A DNA stretch of 52,052 nt, the filler included, from Sphacelaria rigidula (taxonomy: Eukaryota): NCBI GenBank assembly GCA_964200075.2. It is 4 parts of 4 records of this genome, joined end to end, with 100 filler letters (N's around TTAATTAATTAA, not from the genome) between each part and the next. Parts side by side here need not be neighbours in the genome. Positions count along the whole stretch, not along the records: positions 1 to 12,940 come from CAXNAA020003284.1; 3 more parts are not named here. The stretch is one strand, 5' to 3'. Below the pieces are notes generated by a model. That model was not told the DNA's origin. It did not search any database and was given only the letters and a program-made list of their open reading frames with translations. The position numbers were made by a program, and so were the translations under genes. Positions 1-12,237 of the stretch are shown here, piece by piece (the stretch's first letter is position 1; every line of letters begins with the position of its first letter).

Positions 1-121
1 GGGAGCTCTAGAGGCAGTACAGCAAACAACTCCTTAGCTTGGCGTGCTTTAGTCCAAGCTGTCATATACAAACTAGCCCCCTCCTCTCATTACTAACCCT
101 CAGACTGCGACCCCCTCAGGA

Positions 122-600
122 GTGTTGTTCCTTTCCGATGATATGGAGGTGATATTGTTGGAGATTGGACGCCCCAACACAGCACACCTGGCGTCTGATA
201 ATGCTGAAACTTGTCCCAACGTGGCTCGAAAGGATGACTATGCACGATGCTGCGGTGATTCCGAAAAATATAGCACTATAGTGATAATTCTACGGGATAG
301 CGATATGAAATTCGCGCGAAGCCAAGGGTGGATCTCGTCGGCCTTGTTGTTTACGCCGGACCCCTGTCGGTCGAGGCTGGCACCAAGACGGGAAATTACC
401 ACCAGTTAAGGTTCTCCACATGTTACAGGCAGATACTCTCGGGTTTTATACGCCAGGTCGAGCAAGGCCCGGCCGCACAGCGTATCCAACGAGAAGAGTG
501 CGTCCAGCCAAGGACCACTGCAGACCTGTTCCGGCAGGGGGCAACGTCTCCTCCCTCACAGTGCCAGACTTAGCGTGATTTTCACCACGACGGTCTGAGA
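122..600. repeat. Dispersed non-coding repeat family R1, copy 1 (other copies ~21292-21730 and ~33320-33670)
   Basis: The core GCACCTGGCGTCTGAT-ATGC-AAA and the downstream TAYACGCC...GCAAG...CCGYACAGC blocks occur in the same order at all three loci. Ends are approximate. Confidence 0.7.
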
Positions 601-1384
601 ATGGCAGGGGCGGTAGTTGAACTTTTTTTAATTATCAGAATCAACCCGATATTCATCGGTGAGATGCTTCCACGTGAAGATATTGATCCTCCTCTGACAG
701 GCGCCTGATCGCCCTTCTGCGGAGTTTTTGATATCAGTTGGTTCCAGAATAGGACAGAGTGCAGTTTTTTCTTCTTTTTCACGGATGTATCGCGGGTTTT
801 CAAGCCCTGCCGAGGCGTGGTTCGCATCGCACAGTCCGCACCGCAGTACTCGTTGTGCCGCCACAAGGAACAAACAGTGTCAACTTCGTCGGGTATTACC
901 GTAGCGGTATACAGGTCGCGCAATAAGCGCTTCCCCCCTCCGCAGAGATGTGCACCCTTTCCCATCGGCCTACCACATGCGACGGCGCACGTGTATAGCG
1001 CCAGGTATCCGTGCTGATGTGGAGATCTCTCTTCCAAGGACGCCTTCCGCTCTAGTCTCAGCATGTTTGAGGTCTTGGAGCACGACTGTCTCCAATTGAC
1101 AACGCGGATGACGAATTCTTATCGCTATAAAATGCCTTCATAATATTGAAAAGGGACAACACTGTGAGATGGACTCAGATGAATGAACTATGCCACATCT
1201 GGGGTTTAGAACACAGCCGTATCATCGCTGCACAAAACGCATCATTTCACGAATGTGTGGATGTTGGGCATAATTATGGAAATTGGTCCCGGAGAACACC
1301 TGACCGGCTTTCACGCTGCAGTTATGTGTGTGCAGAGACAAGACTCTTATGAATGTAGTATCTCCTCGCCAGATACGATGGCAA

Positions 1385-2379
1385 GAATAGTAGTGAGAGG
1401 GCCATCGCCCTCCACTGAACACAATCTACTACACGCTGCTGATGTCTCTGCTTAAGCAGTGTTCCACAACAACACCACACCACAGAGAGTGTGAAGCTAA
1501 GCTGGGAGCACAAAAGTGGTTGTGCAGGCGGCGGAGACCATGAGCAGAGTAAACGGCACGTTGTTTGTGCCCATGTTATCTATGGTTGAGGAGTCACGAT
1601 CAAAATGGGAAAAGCAGTTAGACTCAGGCAGACGGCGAAGACCACGAGCAAAGTGAAAAATCACGTTGTTGGTGCCCATGGTTTTTATGGTTGGGGAGTT
1701 ATGACCACAATGGAAACTACAGCTAGACTGCGCGGTAGTCCATCTATAGTCCATCTGGGGTGTTGTCGTCCCATCTATTCTGGGCGCCGGTCTACACCTT
1801 TCGGTATGTGTGGGTGCACCAGCCGGGGTCACGCAGGAGGAAGGGCAACACAGGAGCTTCTATATTTTTTGTTTGTTTCAGTTCTTACTCCACCTGCCTA
1901 CTTCGGTGCTTGCCTTCACCTTTTATCGCGAGAGGCGTTTAATAGTCTTTTTTACTCGTTGGCCATTGAGTCGAATTTTGTGTACCCGCGACATAGTCGA
2001 TCCCCACTGTCGGGCATTGTGTGAGAAAAAATCCCAGACCGCTCCGAGAATTGAACCCACGACGCATCCGTCAGAAGGTTTCGAGGTCACCAATTCAGCC
2101 ACCGGGGCGACCGGCGTGTGTCACATTGATCATTCTGATCAATGACAGCTCTCAAAATGGTCACTCCTCTCATATCCGGCCTCGCTCGTTCCTGGCTCAC
2201 AATTTCCGTGGGAAACTTCCAAAAACATATGGTTAACTTGGTGAGCTTCTCGGCGGTTCCGCGAACAGGTCGTCACCCCCCGTCAAAAACCACCCCTTTG
2301 CCTCCTTGAAACCTCCCGATATCCCTGGATTATCAGCCGTGCAACTGTTCCGTGGTGACGCTCGCAGTCTAAAAGCTAA
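1385..2379. mobile_element. Non-autonomous element R2, copy 1, interrupted by a SINE and carrying an internal ~104-bp tandem duplication
   Basis: 1405-1730 and 2130-2379 align block by block with the uninterrupted copy at 31690-32184 (e.g. GAACACAAT...GCTGCTGATG-CTCTGCTT; GCTCGTTCCTGGCT; TTGGTGAGCTT). 1524-1625 and 1628-1729 are tandem copies of each other. Confidence 0.7.
1760..2114 (-). mobile_element. tRNA-derived SINE, full length
   Basis: The minus strand begins CCGGTCGCCCCGGTGGCTGAATTGG (A box) followed by GGTTCAATTC (B box), and ends GGGACGACAACAC. Homologous copies lie at 13041-13145 and 45396-45745. Confidence 0.8.
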
Positions 2380-2485
2380 CGGGATTTCCCCCCGAATTTT
2401 CAGACTTTCTCGAAATTTCTGCCGACTTGAAAAAAAATACCGAAAAAAATATATAATGCGAGGTCTTCCGAGTAATATGTAGTCA

Positions 2486-3460
2486 GGCCGCTTCTTGCAG
2501 ACTGAAAAAAGCATCTGAAAAAAGTCATTTTGGACGACTTTTCCTAGAGACTTTTCCCAGATGAATCAGTTTTCAAAACCCCACCTTACAGTCTATGAAA
2601 AAATCCTAGGGATTTGTACACCCGAGGGCATCATCTAGCCTGCGTGCAGACGCTGGTAGTGGTCATCATTTGCATTTTGTGCTTGTGCCACCTGCGGTAA
2701 CCGACACGTGAGGAATCCCGTCGAGGTACAGGATGGATGGGATGACAACACACACACACACACACACACACATGCACATGCACATGCACACGCAGAGTGG
2801 CTACTGGTAAAATAAATAGGGATCGAAATGATGGACGTATCAACCCTTATCGCCGCTTGGTACAGTGGTCATGTCGCAAGCGGTGTAATGTGTGCAGCAG
2901 ACGGTTCGTGTCATACCGCACACAACAAATTCACGTAACAGTTGGTAGTGCGGTAGCAACCGTCTCAGTACGCAGAACACTACAGAGTCCGCAATCGGTG
3001 GCGGGCACGACGAGCATGAAACGATACGAGCAGTCAACGCAGCCAGCAGGGGTGATATCGTGCTATTTTACGGTTATAATGCTGCCGGCAAAAAAGCACT
3101 GCACTGTCTGTCCCTGGTCCCACGGTCATGAAGAGGATGCACGGAGTGCTGCAGCGGCTATGCTGTTGCCACGGTACTGTACATACAAAATGGACAAGTA
3201 CTTTTTCACTGACTGTACTACGCTTGTATGCGAGGAGTGTGTGATGGAACGACAATTCTCACACAAAGAAAAGTATCTGCAAATCGATGGCTTTTCGCAC
3301 AGATATTTGGCAAAATCCCGATGTCTGCAAATTGTGGCCAGTTTCCAGAGACTTTTTTTCATGAAAAATGACCCTATAAGGTCGCGTTCTGAAAAAAGTC
3401 TCTGGAGACTGACCAAAACGACTTTTCTTAGAGACTTTTTTCAGTCTATAAGAAGCGGCG
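2486..3460. mobile_element. PIF/Harbinger (Tourist-like) MITE, 975 bp
   Basis: Imperfect TIRs of ~70 bp start GGCCGCTTCTT(G/A)(C/T)AGACTGAAAAAAG. A TCA target-site duplication is at 2483-2485 and 3461-3463. The empty site is visible in the paralogous host copy at ~43250-43310. Confidence 0.8.
2748..2792. repeat. (CA)n microsatellite, probably the tail of a truncated SINE (GGGATGACAACACACA...)
   Basis: Read directly. The preceding GGGATGACAAC matches the 3' end of the SINE. Confidence 0.75.
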
Positions 3461-5652
3461 TCAGCCTTGAATGGTGACATTCCTTGACCTGGTTGTGAAA
3501 CCTGCTCTCACAGTTTTCGAGAAAGAAGTTTAACCCCTTTGGGACCGGGGCTCTAGAACGACCAATGAGGCTGATTAGGGATGGCGTGTCTGGCGTCTGC
3601 AGGAAACAGTGGTATGTTGCTGAAAATCTGCGAATGTAACGGCAGGATTACGAGGAAGACCGGAAGTTCCATCCAATACATTTCCAGGTGCAGGGTGCGA
3701 ATTAGGAAATGCACATCCGATGTAGCAAGCAGTATGGGTTGCCGTAGAGAGCTTTCAACAGGATGCGGCGACCGGCGGACCGCCCGCCACTTGTGGTTTT
3801 GGATGATAATATTGTCCCGATCGCCTTACCACACAGCTCTTTGTGGTCGGGGTGGGTCGCCATTTCCCTCTTTGTTGCATGCGAAAAATTGAAAATTCTC
3901 TTTCTTCTCTTCTCGTTGCGACGCACATACGTACAACAGTACAGTACAGTACGCCTCTCCGACTGCAGCAGCAGCTGCCGCAGCATACTCACGCACCCTA
4001 TCTGAGCAGTCCTCAGCGACGGAGATCAGCTGTCTATACACAGCTTGTTCATCCCCGCCCACTATATACATGCTCACAAGTGTTCTGCAAGTCATCGGCA
4101 AAGGCATAAGCAGAATTCATGACGGTAGCTCCCTTCGTCTTTCCACGGCCCATCTGGGTTTGGTGCCTCGTGAAAATGACCACATTGTGGCACGTACACT
4201 CCTTTGCAGTTCTTCCCACTCCACCCTGTGTTAGTGTAATTACTAGGTTTTATTATACGCTGGCGACCCGAAAAAACTCCCGGGAACTCCCGGGAAAGCT
4301 ACACTGAATGCTCACATCACACTCGATAACAGTCCCCGCGCTGGTCGTTCGGGTCTGGTCGATACATTTCGCCTCGCCGTGATTGGGCAGATCGCTCCCT
4401 GGCTTATTCTTTTATTATTTCACGAACACATGGTCAACCCCATTTTAGCGGGGGGTCGGTCCCGAAAGGATTAATTGCCGAAGAGGTCGGAAAAGTCTGG
4501 AAAAAAAAAAGTCCCGTTAATAACGACCCTAATAAGCATATTGCTGTGACAGAAGTCCACCTTGCTGATGCACGCTCTGCTGCTAAAAAAGAATATACTG
4601 CACAACCAGCCTCCACGACGGAATCAGATGTTGCGAACTACAGATTATCTGTATTCGTAGGGATTCGAACTCGTGACCTTTCGCCCTGTAGGAAAAACTA
4701 TGTACCAGTCAGACCTCCGGGCCCAGCGGTGTCACACAAAAAGAGGAATGCCCTGCTCAATTTCAGGAGTTTTGAGCCGACTTTTTTTACAAAGACATCA
4801 TACACGGGCGTTGAAATTTTATATTCTTGATCGAGTCTTGACAAAAAAAATTAAAACTATCCAATCGCTGTACCTTTGTTTTCTTCATGTTTTTATTGAC
4901 CACTTTCGTCACTCAACTTTTGTTGACATACCTCTTTTGTCACAATTCCACCCCTCATCAACTTTTGACAAAAAGAACGGCGAAACTGCGCAACCCCCAG
5001 TAAAAAAGTCTTAGCTGGCCTAGCTCGTTCTGCGCGGGGCGGAGGTGCGGCAGGGTGGTCGTCGTAATATTAGCGGTCAAAGCCGACATTCCCAACGACC
5101 GCCAGAAGGACAAAAACTTGGAGTTCAGCTCCCCCAAGGGTTTGTCAAAAAAGTATTTCGGGGCAAGTAGGCTCCAAGATCGAAAATTCGAGTTTTTGAG
5201 GGGAGGGGGGGGGGGAGGGTAAGGAGGGGCGAGACGCCCGGCCTGCTGTCTCCTACTTTATTGCCGAGGCGTTGGGGGACGCGGTCAGCTGCCGTGTACA
5301 GAGATCCTTCGCATGGAGACCGCTGAAATGATGGACGCACCGCCCCTCCAAGCTCATCACCTACCATGATTGCATTTATGGGATCATATTCCGTGTCGTG
5401 CACCTCGAGTATCTACTCGTACAAGTAGTCCGGGCAAGTTTGACGAGGCGTGAGACAATGTTGCTCTTTGTATACAGGCTGTCGCTACCGTGCGCTCGTG
5501 TCTTGTACATAGATGTGTGTGAGCGTTGCCGGCATCCGAGGTCATCAGGAAAGGGCGGACAAAGAGCAGAAGCAAATATCAATATACGAACCTCCCAAAG
5601 CCCGCCAGACTTTTCGCTTTTTGTCTGTGTTTCTCGATCAATTTCTCTCAAC

Positions 5653-6292
5653 AATAGGCTATTTTAATTAATTAATTGGTTGGTTAGGATTGAATGGATG
5701 GTTGGATGGTTGATGGAATTTTATTTTTTGGACAAGGAAAAGACAATTACATATTATTTGGAGAAGAGAAAGACAACAAATCAATTTTTGAATATTATCT
5801 TGTCTTTCCCTTGCTAAAAAAAAGAAATCAACCATCTAACCATCCATCCTCAAACGATCTTTACTTGACTATTTTTCCTTCTTTTAATTTATTTCATCGA
5901 CACAGAGAGGCAATTGCTCTGCTCTGTCAGCATGTCCGCAGTTGCAGTTGCATTGCAGTGCGGTTCGCCGCACACGAAGGTATTGGTGTGCCCAGTATCG
6001 GTCGTAAGTACCCACACCGTCGCGTGATTGTGTAGTGGCTATTAATTAATAATGGTAGCCACGATTAATGGAGCCCCGGTTGGTTGCTGAAGGTTGGGGG
6101 AGCCAAGTGTCTGTCGAGAGAAGAATTTCGGACACGGACCTCACCCCCCCCCCTCCTCCCTCCCGGAGAGCAATTTTTCCAGAATTGTCGTGATTTTTTT
6201 TTTCATGTCTTTCCCTTTCCCTGAAATAAAATTCGACAAACCATCCAACCATCCCCAACCAACCAACTAATTAATTAATTAATTAATACTAT
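5653..6292. mobile_element. Inverted-repeat element with (TTAA)n-ended arms
   Basis: The left arm 5653-5745 (TTAATTAATTAATTGGTTGGTTAGGAT...GGTTGGATGGTT...GAATTTTATTT...GGAAAAGACA) is the reverse complement of 6205-6292. A second inverted copy of the arm lies at ~5800-5855. Confidence 0.7.
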
Positions 6293-6632
6293 TGCACGGT
6301 GGATCGGTGAGGAGGCATGTTTCAGAACAAGCGACTTCATAATTCCGCGCGAAGTTGAACTATCCGCTGCTGCTGCTGAGAACAATAGCAAAATCATCCA
6401 CTGCTCCTCATGCGTAACCTAAACGCGATAAATATCCACACATTTTTCTCTCGGCATACTGTTGTACTGTACAGTACTTTAGTACCATTCACGGAAACGC
6501 TGAAGAGGCGCGTTATACTAGGGTGGCCAGCGGCACAAGGCATGTTTGTATACCGCATATGCAGCATACTGTCTGTAGAGACTGTAACATATTAGATGTA
6601 CCGGCTGTAACTGTTTTCTGGCGGTTACACAC

Positions 6633-6803
6633 CTGGAAATACCGGCATGGCTGCTGCGCCGGATCAAAATTGTCTTGTGATTGATTCCAATACCCCGGGT
6701 TATGTCCAGAACCTCTGCTGCTACGACGAATTCTTCCACTCCGTTCTCTCCCCCCACTGCCGCCTCCAAAGCCTCCCCCAGACCCAAAGCGACCAGCCAT
6801 CAT
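6633..6803 (-). CDS. Putative first exon of a Gly/Arg-rich protein entering a CCCH zinc finger
   Basis: 57 codons, MMAGRFGSGGGFGGGSGGRERSGR...AQQPCRYFQ, ending exactly at a phase-0 CAG|GTGTGT donor. PCRYFQ resembles the start of a C-x7/8-C-x5-C-x3-H finger. The next exon was not found in the window. Confidence 0.4.
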
Positions 6804-8567
6804 GCACGCAGAGTATATCACTACTACAAACTACAGACTGCCGATCGGAACGGCTGTCCCGAAGCGACTTTGCCACGCGTTTTATGTGGCCATTATACAA
6901 CTAGGTCTTCACATGGGCTTAAACTTGGCTCAAAGCTCTTTAATGAGTCTGGATGAAACATGGTTGTTCATATTTAGTATATTACATGTGTCTAAAGTAA
7001 GTCAGATTCCGATAAGAGTATTGCTCCAAGCCAAAATGAATAAAAAGCTGTGAAAATTGATCTGGTTTCGATTGATGTCCTCGATAGTGGACCTGAGAAA
7101 GCTGATGTCGTGTAAAATATAGAAAAAGAAAGAAAGAAAGCCTTCCAGGGCCAAACCAACAAGAAGCGAGGTTGAGCGTTTTCAACAGCGCACTTCGTAT
7201 GCTCTGCGCGCGAGACGTACGAGCCTACGATACACGTAACACTGAGCCTTAGCGGCTGGGATTGCTTGATCCCTTCGAGATTGGCGCTGAATTCTGCAGT
7301 ATTCAAGCGTCTTCATCTGGTAAGTGAAGAATAAGATGACGCTTGTCGACCCCGAAAATCGGAGTCAACAAGCCCCCCGCCTTCAGGGAGGAAGGGAAGG
7401 GGCAAAACGCAGTTTTTGAAGTTGGGTTATTGTACTGGCGCTGCCGCCGCCGACGGTTGTTGGTCGAGATCGCCGCTGGCTCTTACAAGGCTATTGTTGT
7501 TGTGGAGGTTTGATTCTGTGTTTGCGAATAGTCTCTTGGTGTCCGTATCGAAGCGTTTCGAGGTTGGTACGGTGGGATTAAGAAGGGGTGCCCATAGCTG
7601 AAAACAGACGAAAAAACGTCCCACTCACTCTGGTATGTATCAAAAACAAAGAGAGCGCCGAAAACTCCATGAGTCTGAGTCCACAGTCCACACCGTCCAA
7701 GAGGGGCCTATATGAAGTGCAAAAGCAATAGCATGTTGTGTGTTTTATCGACGCCTGGGGCACCAATCATGCCAGAAACACCGCCGACACGTTGCCGTAC
7801 CGTATGCACTCGTAGCGTGCACCCGCGAAAACCACATTGATATCTTTTTACCGCTGAACCAGTCGGCCGACCAAGCCTTGTTGCTGCTTCCATTCCCGGC
7901 CATGTCCCATTTCACCCAACCTCCGCCTCCGAGCATCATTTTTTCAAATTTCCACACGTGTAGTAGCTTCATCCCCACCAACCGCTGTCCGTGTGTGTTT
8001 GCACTGCCTGATGCAATGAGTGCGATTGTACGCCCGGATAAACTTGTTGTAAACGAACGCACTTCATGCGGTTCTTGCTCATGCATACTCCGAAAGGATA
8101 TCTGTACAATCAGTACTTTGCTCACGGTGTGCGCTGAGCTTTCGCTGGACATGTGGAGCATGGTAAAAGATCTCATTGAGTGGCCGAAGGTAATAACGAA
8201 ACATGGTGAAAGATCTCCTGATCATGAGGGTAATCTTGCGGTGATGAAAGCTTGTTTGGATCTTGTCAATTCGCGATCTCTGGGTCGTCTGTGGAAGACT
8301 GTACACCTTACGCCGCCGCTGCAATCGCCACCCACATGGCTGGGCGCAGGCGGGAGCTTGACCCCCGTGCCTCTTGTGTGTGTTGTCTACACATCATGCT
8401 GATTTTTTTTTTTTCACGAGAGATACAAATTCGTCCCGTTTATATCCAACTTGTTTTTCAATTTTTGACCGCAACAGGAACACGATACGTGAGCGGAAAG
8501 CTAGAGAGGGAAAGAGAGTCACAAAGGGGGGAATTCGCGCCTGCGGGCTGCGGCCACTAGGTCCGCG

Positions 8568-11500
8568 ATGGATATCGACGATCCTTCGGCCGCCGACACC
8601 GGGCTAGAATCTTCCGGATCGATTGCGGAGGCTGTGGTACCACCCGAGGGGGCCGGGGCGGGAGCGACTTCCCATCCAGCCTCGATGAACGGCAACGAGA
8701 GGGGAACGGAGGACACAGCGGAAGGTTTTGCGGGCCCGGTAGCGATGGAGGCAGAGGCCGGAGTAGAAGCAGAGGCTGGAGTAGAAGCAGAGGCTGGAGT
8801 AGAAGCAGAGGCTGGAGAAGAAGCAGAGGCCGGAGTAGAAGCAGAGGCCGGAGTAGAAGCGAACGCAGCCGCACCTGAGGGAGATCAAGCGGCGGTGGCA
8901 GCGCCGGGTGCTGAGCTCAACAACTCGAAACCTGCTGCTGTCACAAAGCCCAAGGGGGGAAAGAAACGCGGACGTACTATCACGAAGAAAGGCTCGAACA
9001 GCAGGGTTACTGACTACGTGCCTCAGGACGGCTCACAACTGTGCAATGTGTGCATGAGCGGCGAAGACTACGGCGAAAATCCTATGAGACGATGTTACAG
9101 GTGTTCTTTTGGGTTCAGGTTTGGGTTGAGTGTGGGTGTAGGTGTGTTCATGTGTTGCGATGCGGCGTTGAAAAACACTTCGTATACCGAACGCACAACA
9201 AGCCAAGCAACTTCCTATGGTATCTTTTTTCTGCTCCTCCTCGCCCGTGGCACATCATACGGTATCTATTGTGGATGAACGGACTGTCGATATCCTGTGC
9301 CTGTACTGTACCGACTGTACCATACTGCTGGATTTTGATATCTAACGTTTTTTGGACGTTCGGAGATGCTCGCTTTGTCATACTTTTTTTTTTCTCGTTT
9401 TTTAGGAGCGCGCGCTTGGTGGATATGGCTGTATTGCCTCGTGTTCTTCGTGAATGCCACAGCGAGAGTGCACCTTTATGTGCGCACTCGGTTCCGATGG
9501 AGATCGTGTTATTGTATTTTGCCTAATATATCTCTGAACACACGTAGAATTTTCTGGTCCACTTGTAACGTTGGCCTGTTGTAAAATACTCTTTTCTATA
9601 TTCATGTGCTGTGGAGTAGGGATGGTGTGCGGCTGTGGGCGATTCCCTAGCCACACTTTTATTTGCTTCACAGCAAAGTACGAACTAAACATTGATTAAA
9701 ATGCCGACGCTGTCAAAAGATCGCTTGTTCAGCGAAACTGCACAGGGAACCACATCGTTAGTCGAAATGGACGTGCAAAGATCTTCCCCCCCGTTTTCCC
9801 ATCCATCTGGGAAGAGGCGATCGAAACCGCGGCTCTCTGAGCTGTAGTGCCGCCGGGTGTACAGTCGCTTTCGGCGGAGACGTATGTAATGTTTTTTTGC
9901 CTTACCTCCAACACACGTTGGATCTTCGAGCCCATTTCGAATTCTGGCCTGTTGTGAAATGTTACATTTTTTTTTACATGCATGTACTGCAAAGTAGTGA
10001 AGAGTACGTGGCTGACTCGACCCACAGAACTTCCCGTGTCGCGTGCAGTATACTACGTAGTTTATTGATTTTAATACCGACGTGTCAAGGATCGCTTTTT
10101 GCACTGAAACCGTCACAGTGACGCACGTCGTCAGCCAAAATTGTTGGCGGGAAGAGATCTTGAACCGCAGCTTCTCCGTGTGTGAGGCGATTGGAACAAT
10201 CCGCCCTGTTGCTGCAGATTTTTATTCGCGGTATCAGTGCTGGACATGCGGCGACGCAGACAGTGACTAGAGTGCGACACACTCCGCTCTTCCCCTAGTT
10301 TTTGCCCTGTTGCTCTCGAAGATCGCCCAGAACGTATTCATTTGCCACGTACGAAGTGCGTACCATATTATTTTACCGTACGTGTTTGCAACAATTTTAT
10401 GGTTCACCATGCCGTCCGCTGATGATGCATGATGGGTACGAGGTGGCGGGCGCTTCAGCTGCGTGATACCGCGGTAGCCCCTCCCCCAAAACAGCCCCAA
10501 ACTTCTCACGAAGAAAATGAATATGCAGCGCATGAAGTTGGTTTCAGATTCCATGAATCGCTCAACATCAGCGATAAACGCGAAAATAATCTTCAGGCGT
10601 GGTAGTTCCCAGCTGCTCGTTGTACTCAGATTTTATCATTTTGATTTGCATATTGAACTTGTCTCCTCAACCAGCCACTTTTCTGGAGGGGGGGGCGTCG
10701 CGGCATCGCCCATTCATGTCTTGGATTACGCGAGAGATGTACACCTATGGGACGCATACTGTCGCGTGTTGTTAACATTGTACACCTTGTGGACATGTAT
10801 GCACACAACTAGTTAACTGTACGAAAGTCACGTGTCTGAGGAGACGCCTACAGAAAAGATGTGGGTACGTTTGCGCTCCGCCGCAGGCGTAACGAACGTG
10901 GCTTACACCACCGTGCCTCTTACGCAGCTTTGAAAATTTGTTGCACGATTGACGGACCTCTGACAGTAATGTTTCCGCTGCCCTCGAGATCAATCTTCTA
11001 ACTTGACCTCAACAAACAGTAAGTTCCAATAGTCGCAGGAAAGTGCACAAATCTAGAGACGCGATCATCATCTCACGCGCCCTGTTGAGTTTTTGGTTTT
11101 TCACCCACAATCGAAACATGGTTGCTCATGAAAACACGGACTCGCTTCCCCGCGCACCCACGCATATTATTCACGTCGCCGTGCCTTCGCTCTGTGTCTG
11201 ACGCGTTATTTCTTTGCCACCATGCCATCTTTCTCCTCGTGTGTTTTCGGCGCACGTCCTGTGTTCTTCCCTTGTTCCCGTGCCCGCGGCCCCCCGCGTC
11301 CGTCCCCCGTCCGCTGTCCCCCCTGCAGACTCCTTTCCTCCCCCCGCCGACTCNNNNNNNNNNTCTTTCCTGTCCTTGTTTTTTCGCGCGCGTCTTTGTT
11401 TTTTCCCTTCTTCCCTCCCCCCCCCCCCCCCCCTCCCCCCTGACTATGGCATGCATGATCATGAGTAAACCCCCCCCTACTACTGCCGCCCTTCGTTGTT

Positions 11501-12237
11501 TGGTGCTGAAAATTCAAAATAACAGCTGCCACGTCCTTGTTCACGAGCACTGCTATGCCTGCAAGGAGCCCAGTGAGGAGGACGAGATCCGGGCTTCTCG
11601 TGCAATCCTAAGACTTAAGGAACTACGCAACGACAAAGGAAAATCCACTGCTGCAGAGGTCGAGCAACAGCCGGCCCCGTGTGCGATCGCAAAGGTTCAG
11701 CCATCCCCTGAAGAAATGAGAGAGTCTACCATTACGAAGTTCGAGCAACTACCGGCCCCATGGAACGCATGGCAGTGCGATGTTTGTGCCTACGGCCTGG
11801 TGAGTGACAGACAGTCTGTGAAGAAGGGAGGGGAACGAGTGCCGTGACATTGTTGTTTGTCGTATTCCAGGCCAACATGGGTCCAGCTTTGGTGAATTTG
11901 AAACGTGTGCTGTGCTGTGCTGTGCTGTGCTGTGCTGTGCTGTGTGCCGTCGTGTTTGACATGGGAAATATACGTTAAAAAAACAATGAATCATCAATAC
12001 ATGTTTTGAGATCGCTGGGGCGGGTCAAGGTGGTGACAAACAGAACATTGCATTCCCCTCTCCCCTCTCCCCCTTGCCCGTCCTTCGCTAATTTGTTGTC
12101 TTCAGGATTGCCGCACGACGGCATGCAAAGTGTGCGTCGAGAGCGGGGTCCGCGGCGGTGCAATGAAGAAGGTCCGGCGGTCAGGAGCAGATGAGCAAGA
12201 GTGGGTCCACGTCAGCTGCGCGCTGTGGATACCTGAG
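8568..12237 (+). CDS. PHD / zinc-knuckle / extended-PHD (PZP) chromatin protein of the BRPF/Jade/AF10/Nto1 type, 3' partial
   Basis: Exons 8568-9100, 11526-11799 and 12106-12237 have GT-AG sites and matching phases (2, 0). They give CNVC...CYSCHVLVHEHCY...WQCDVC (PHD1), then CKVC...GGAMK...EWVHVSCALWIPE (zinc knuckle / ePHD start). The remainder is missing after the gap at 12941. Confidence 0.9.
8748..8860 (+). repeat. Coding 18-bp tandem repeat, ~6 units, encoding (EAEAGV)n
   Basis: Contiguous GAGGC(C/T)GGAG(T/A)AGAAGCA units within exon 1 of the PZP gene. Confidence 0.95.
11906..11945. repeat. (TGTGC)n microsatellite in an intron
   Basis: Read directly. Confidence 0.9.

Larger units (their letters stand above)
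2376..4529. mobile_element. Host MITE (TIR consensus GGGTCGTTATTAACGGGAC, TAA target) containing nested insertions
   Basis: The right end GTCCCGTTAATAACGACCC|TAA lies at 4511-4532. 2380-2485 plus 3461-3510 match the uninterrupted copy at 43140-43315, which starts TAA|GGATCGTTATTAACAGGAC. The left end here is degenerate. Confidence 0.55.

Noticed and set aside
2797..3477. 226-aa ORF inside the 975-bp MITE as a transposase
   Set aside because: No DDE or Myb/SANT motifs were recognised, and it runs through the TIR.
7427..7597. Continuation exon LWAPLLNPTVP... after 7629
   Set aside because: It would need a 31-nt intron, far shorter than any supported intron here.
8748..8860. Regular 18-bp repeat as a CRISPR-like array
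   Set aside because: There are no spacers; it is a contiguous in-frame coding repeat in a eukaryotic exon.
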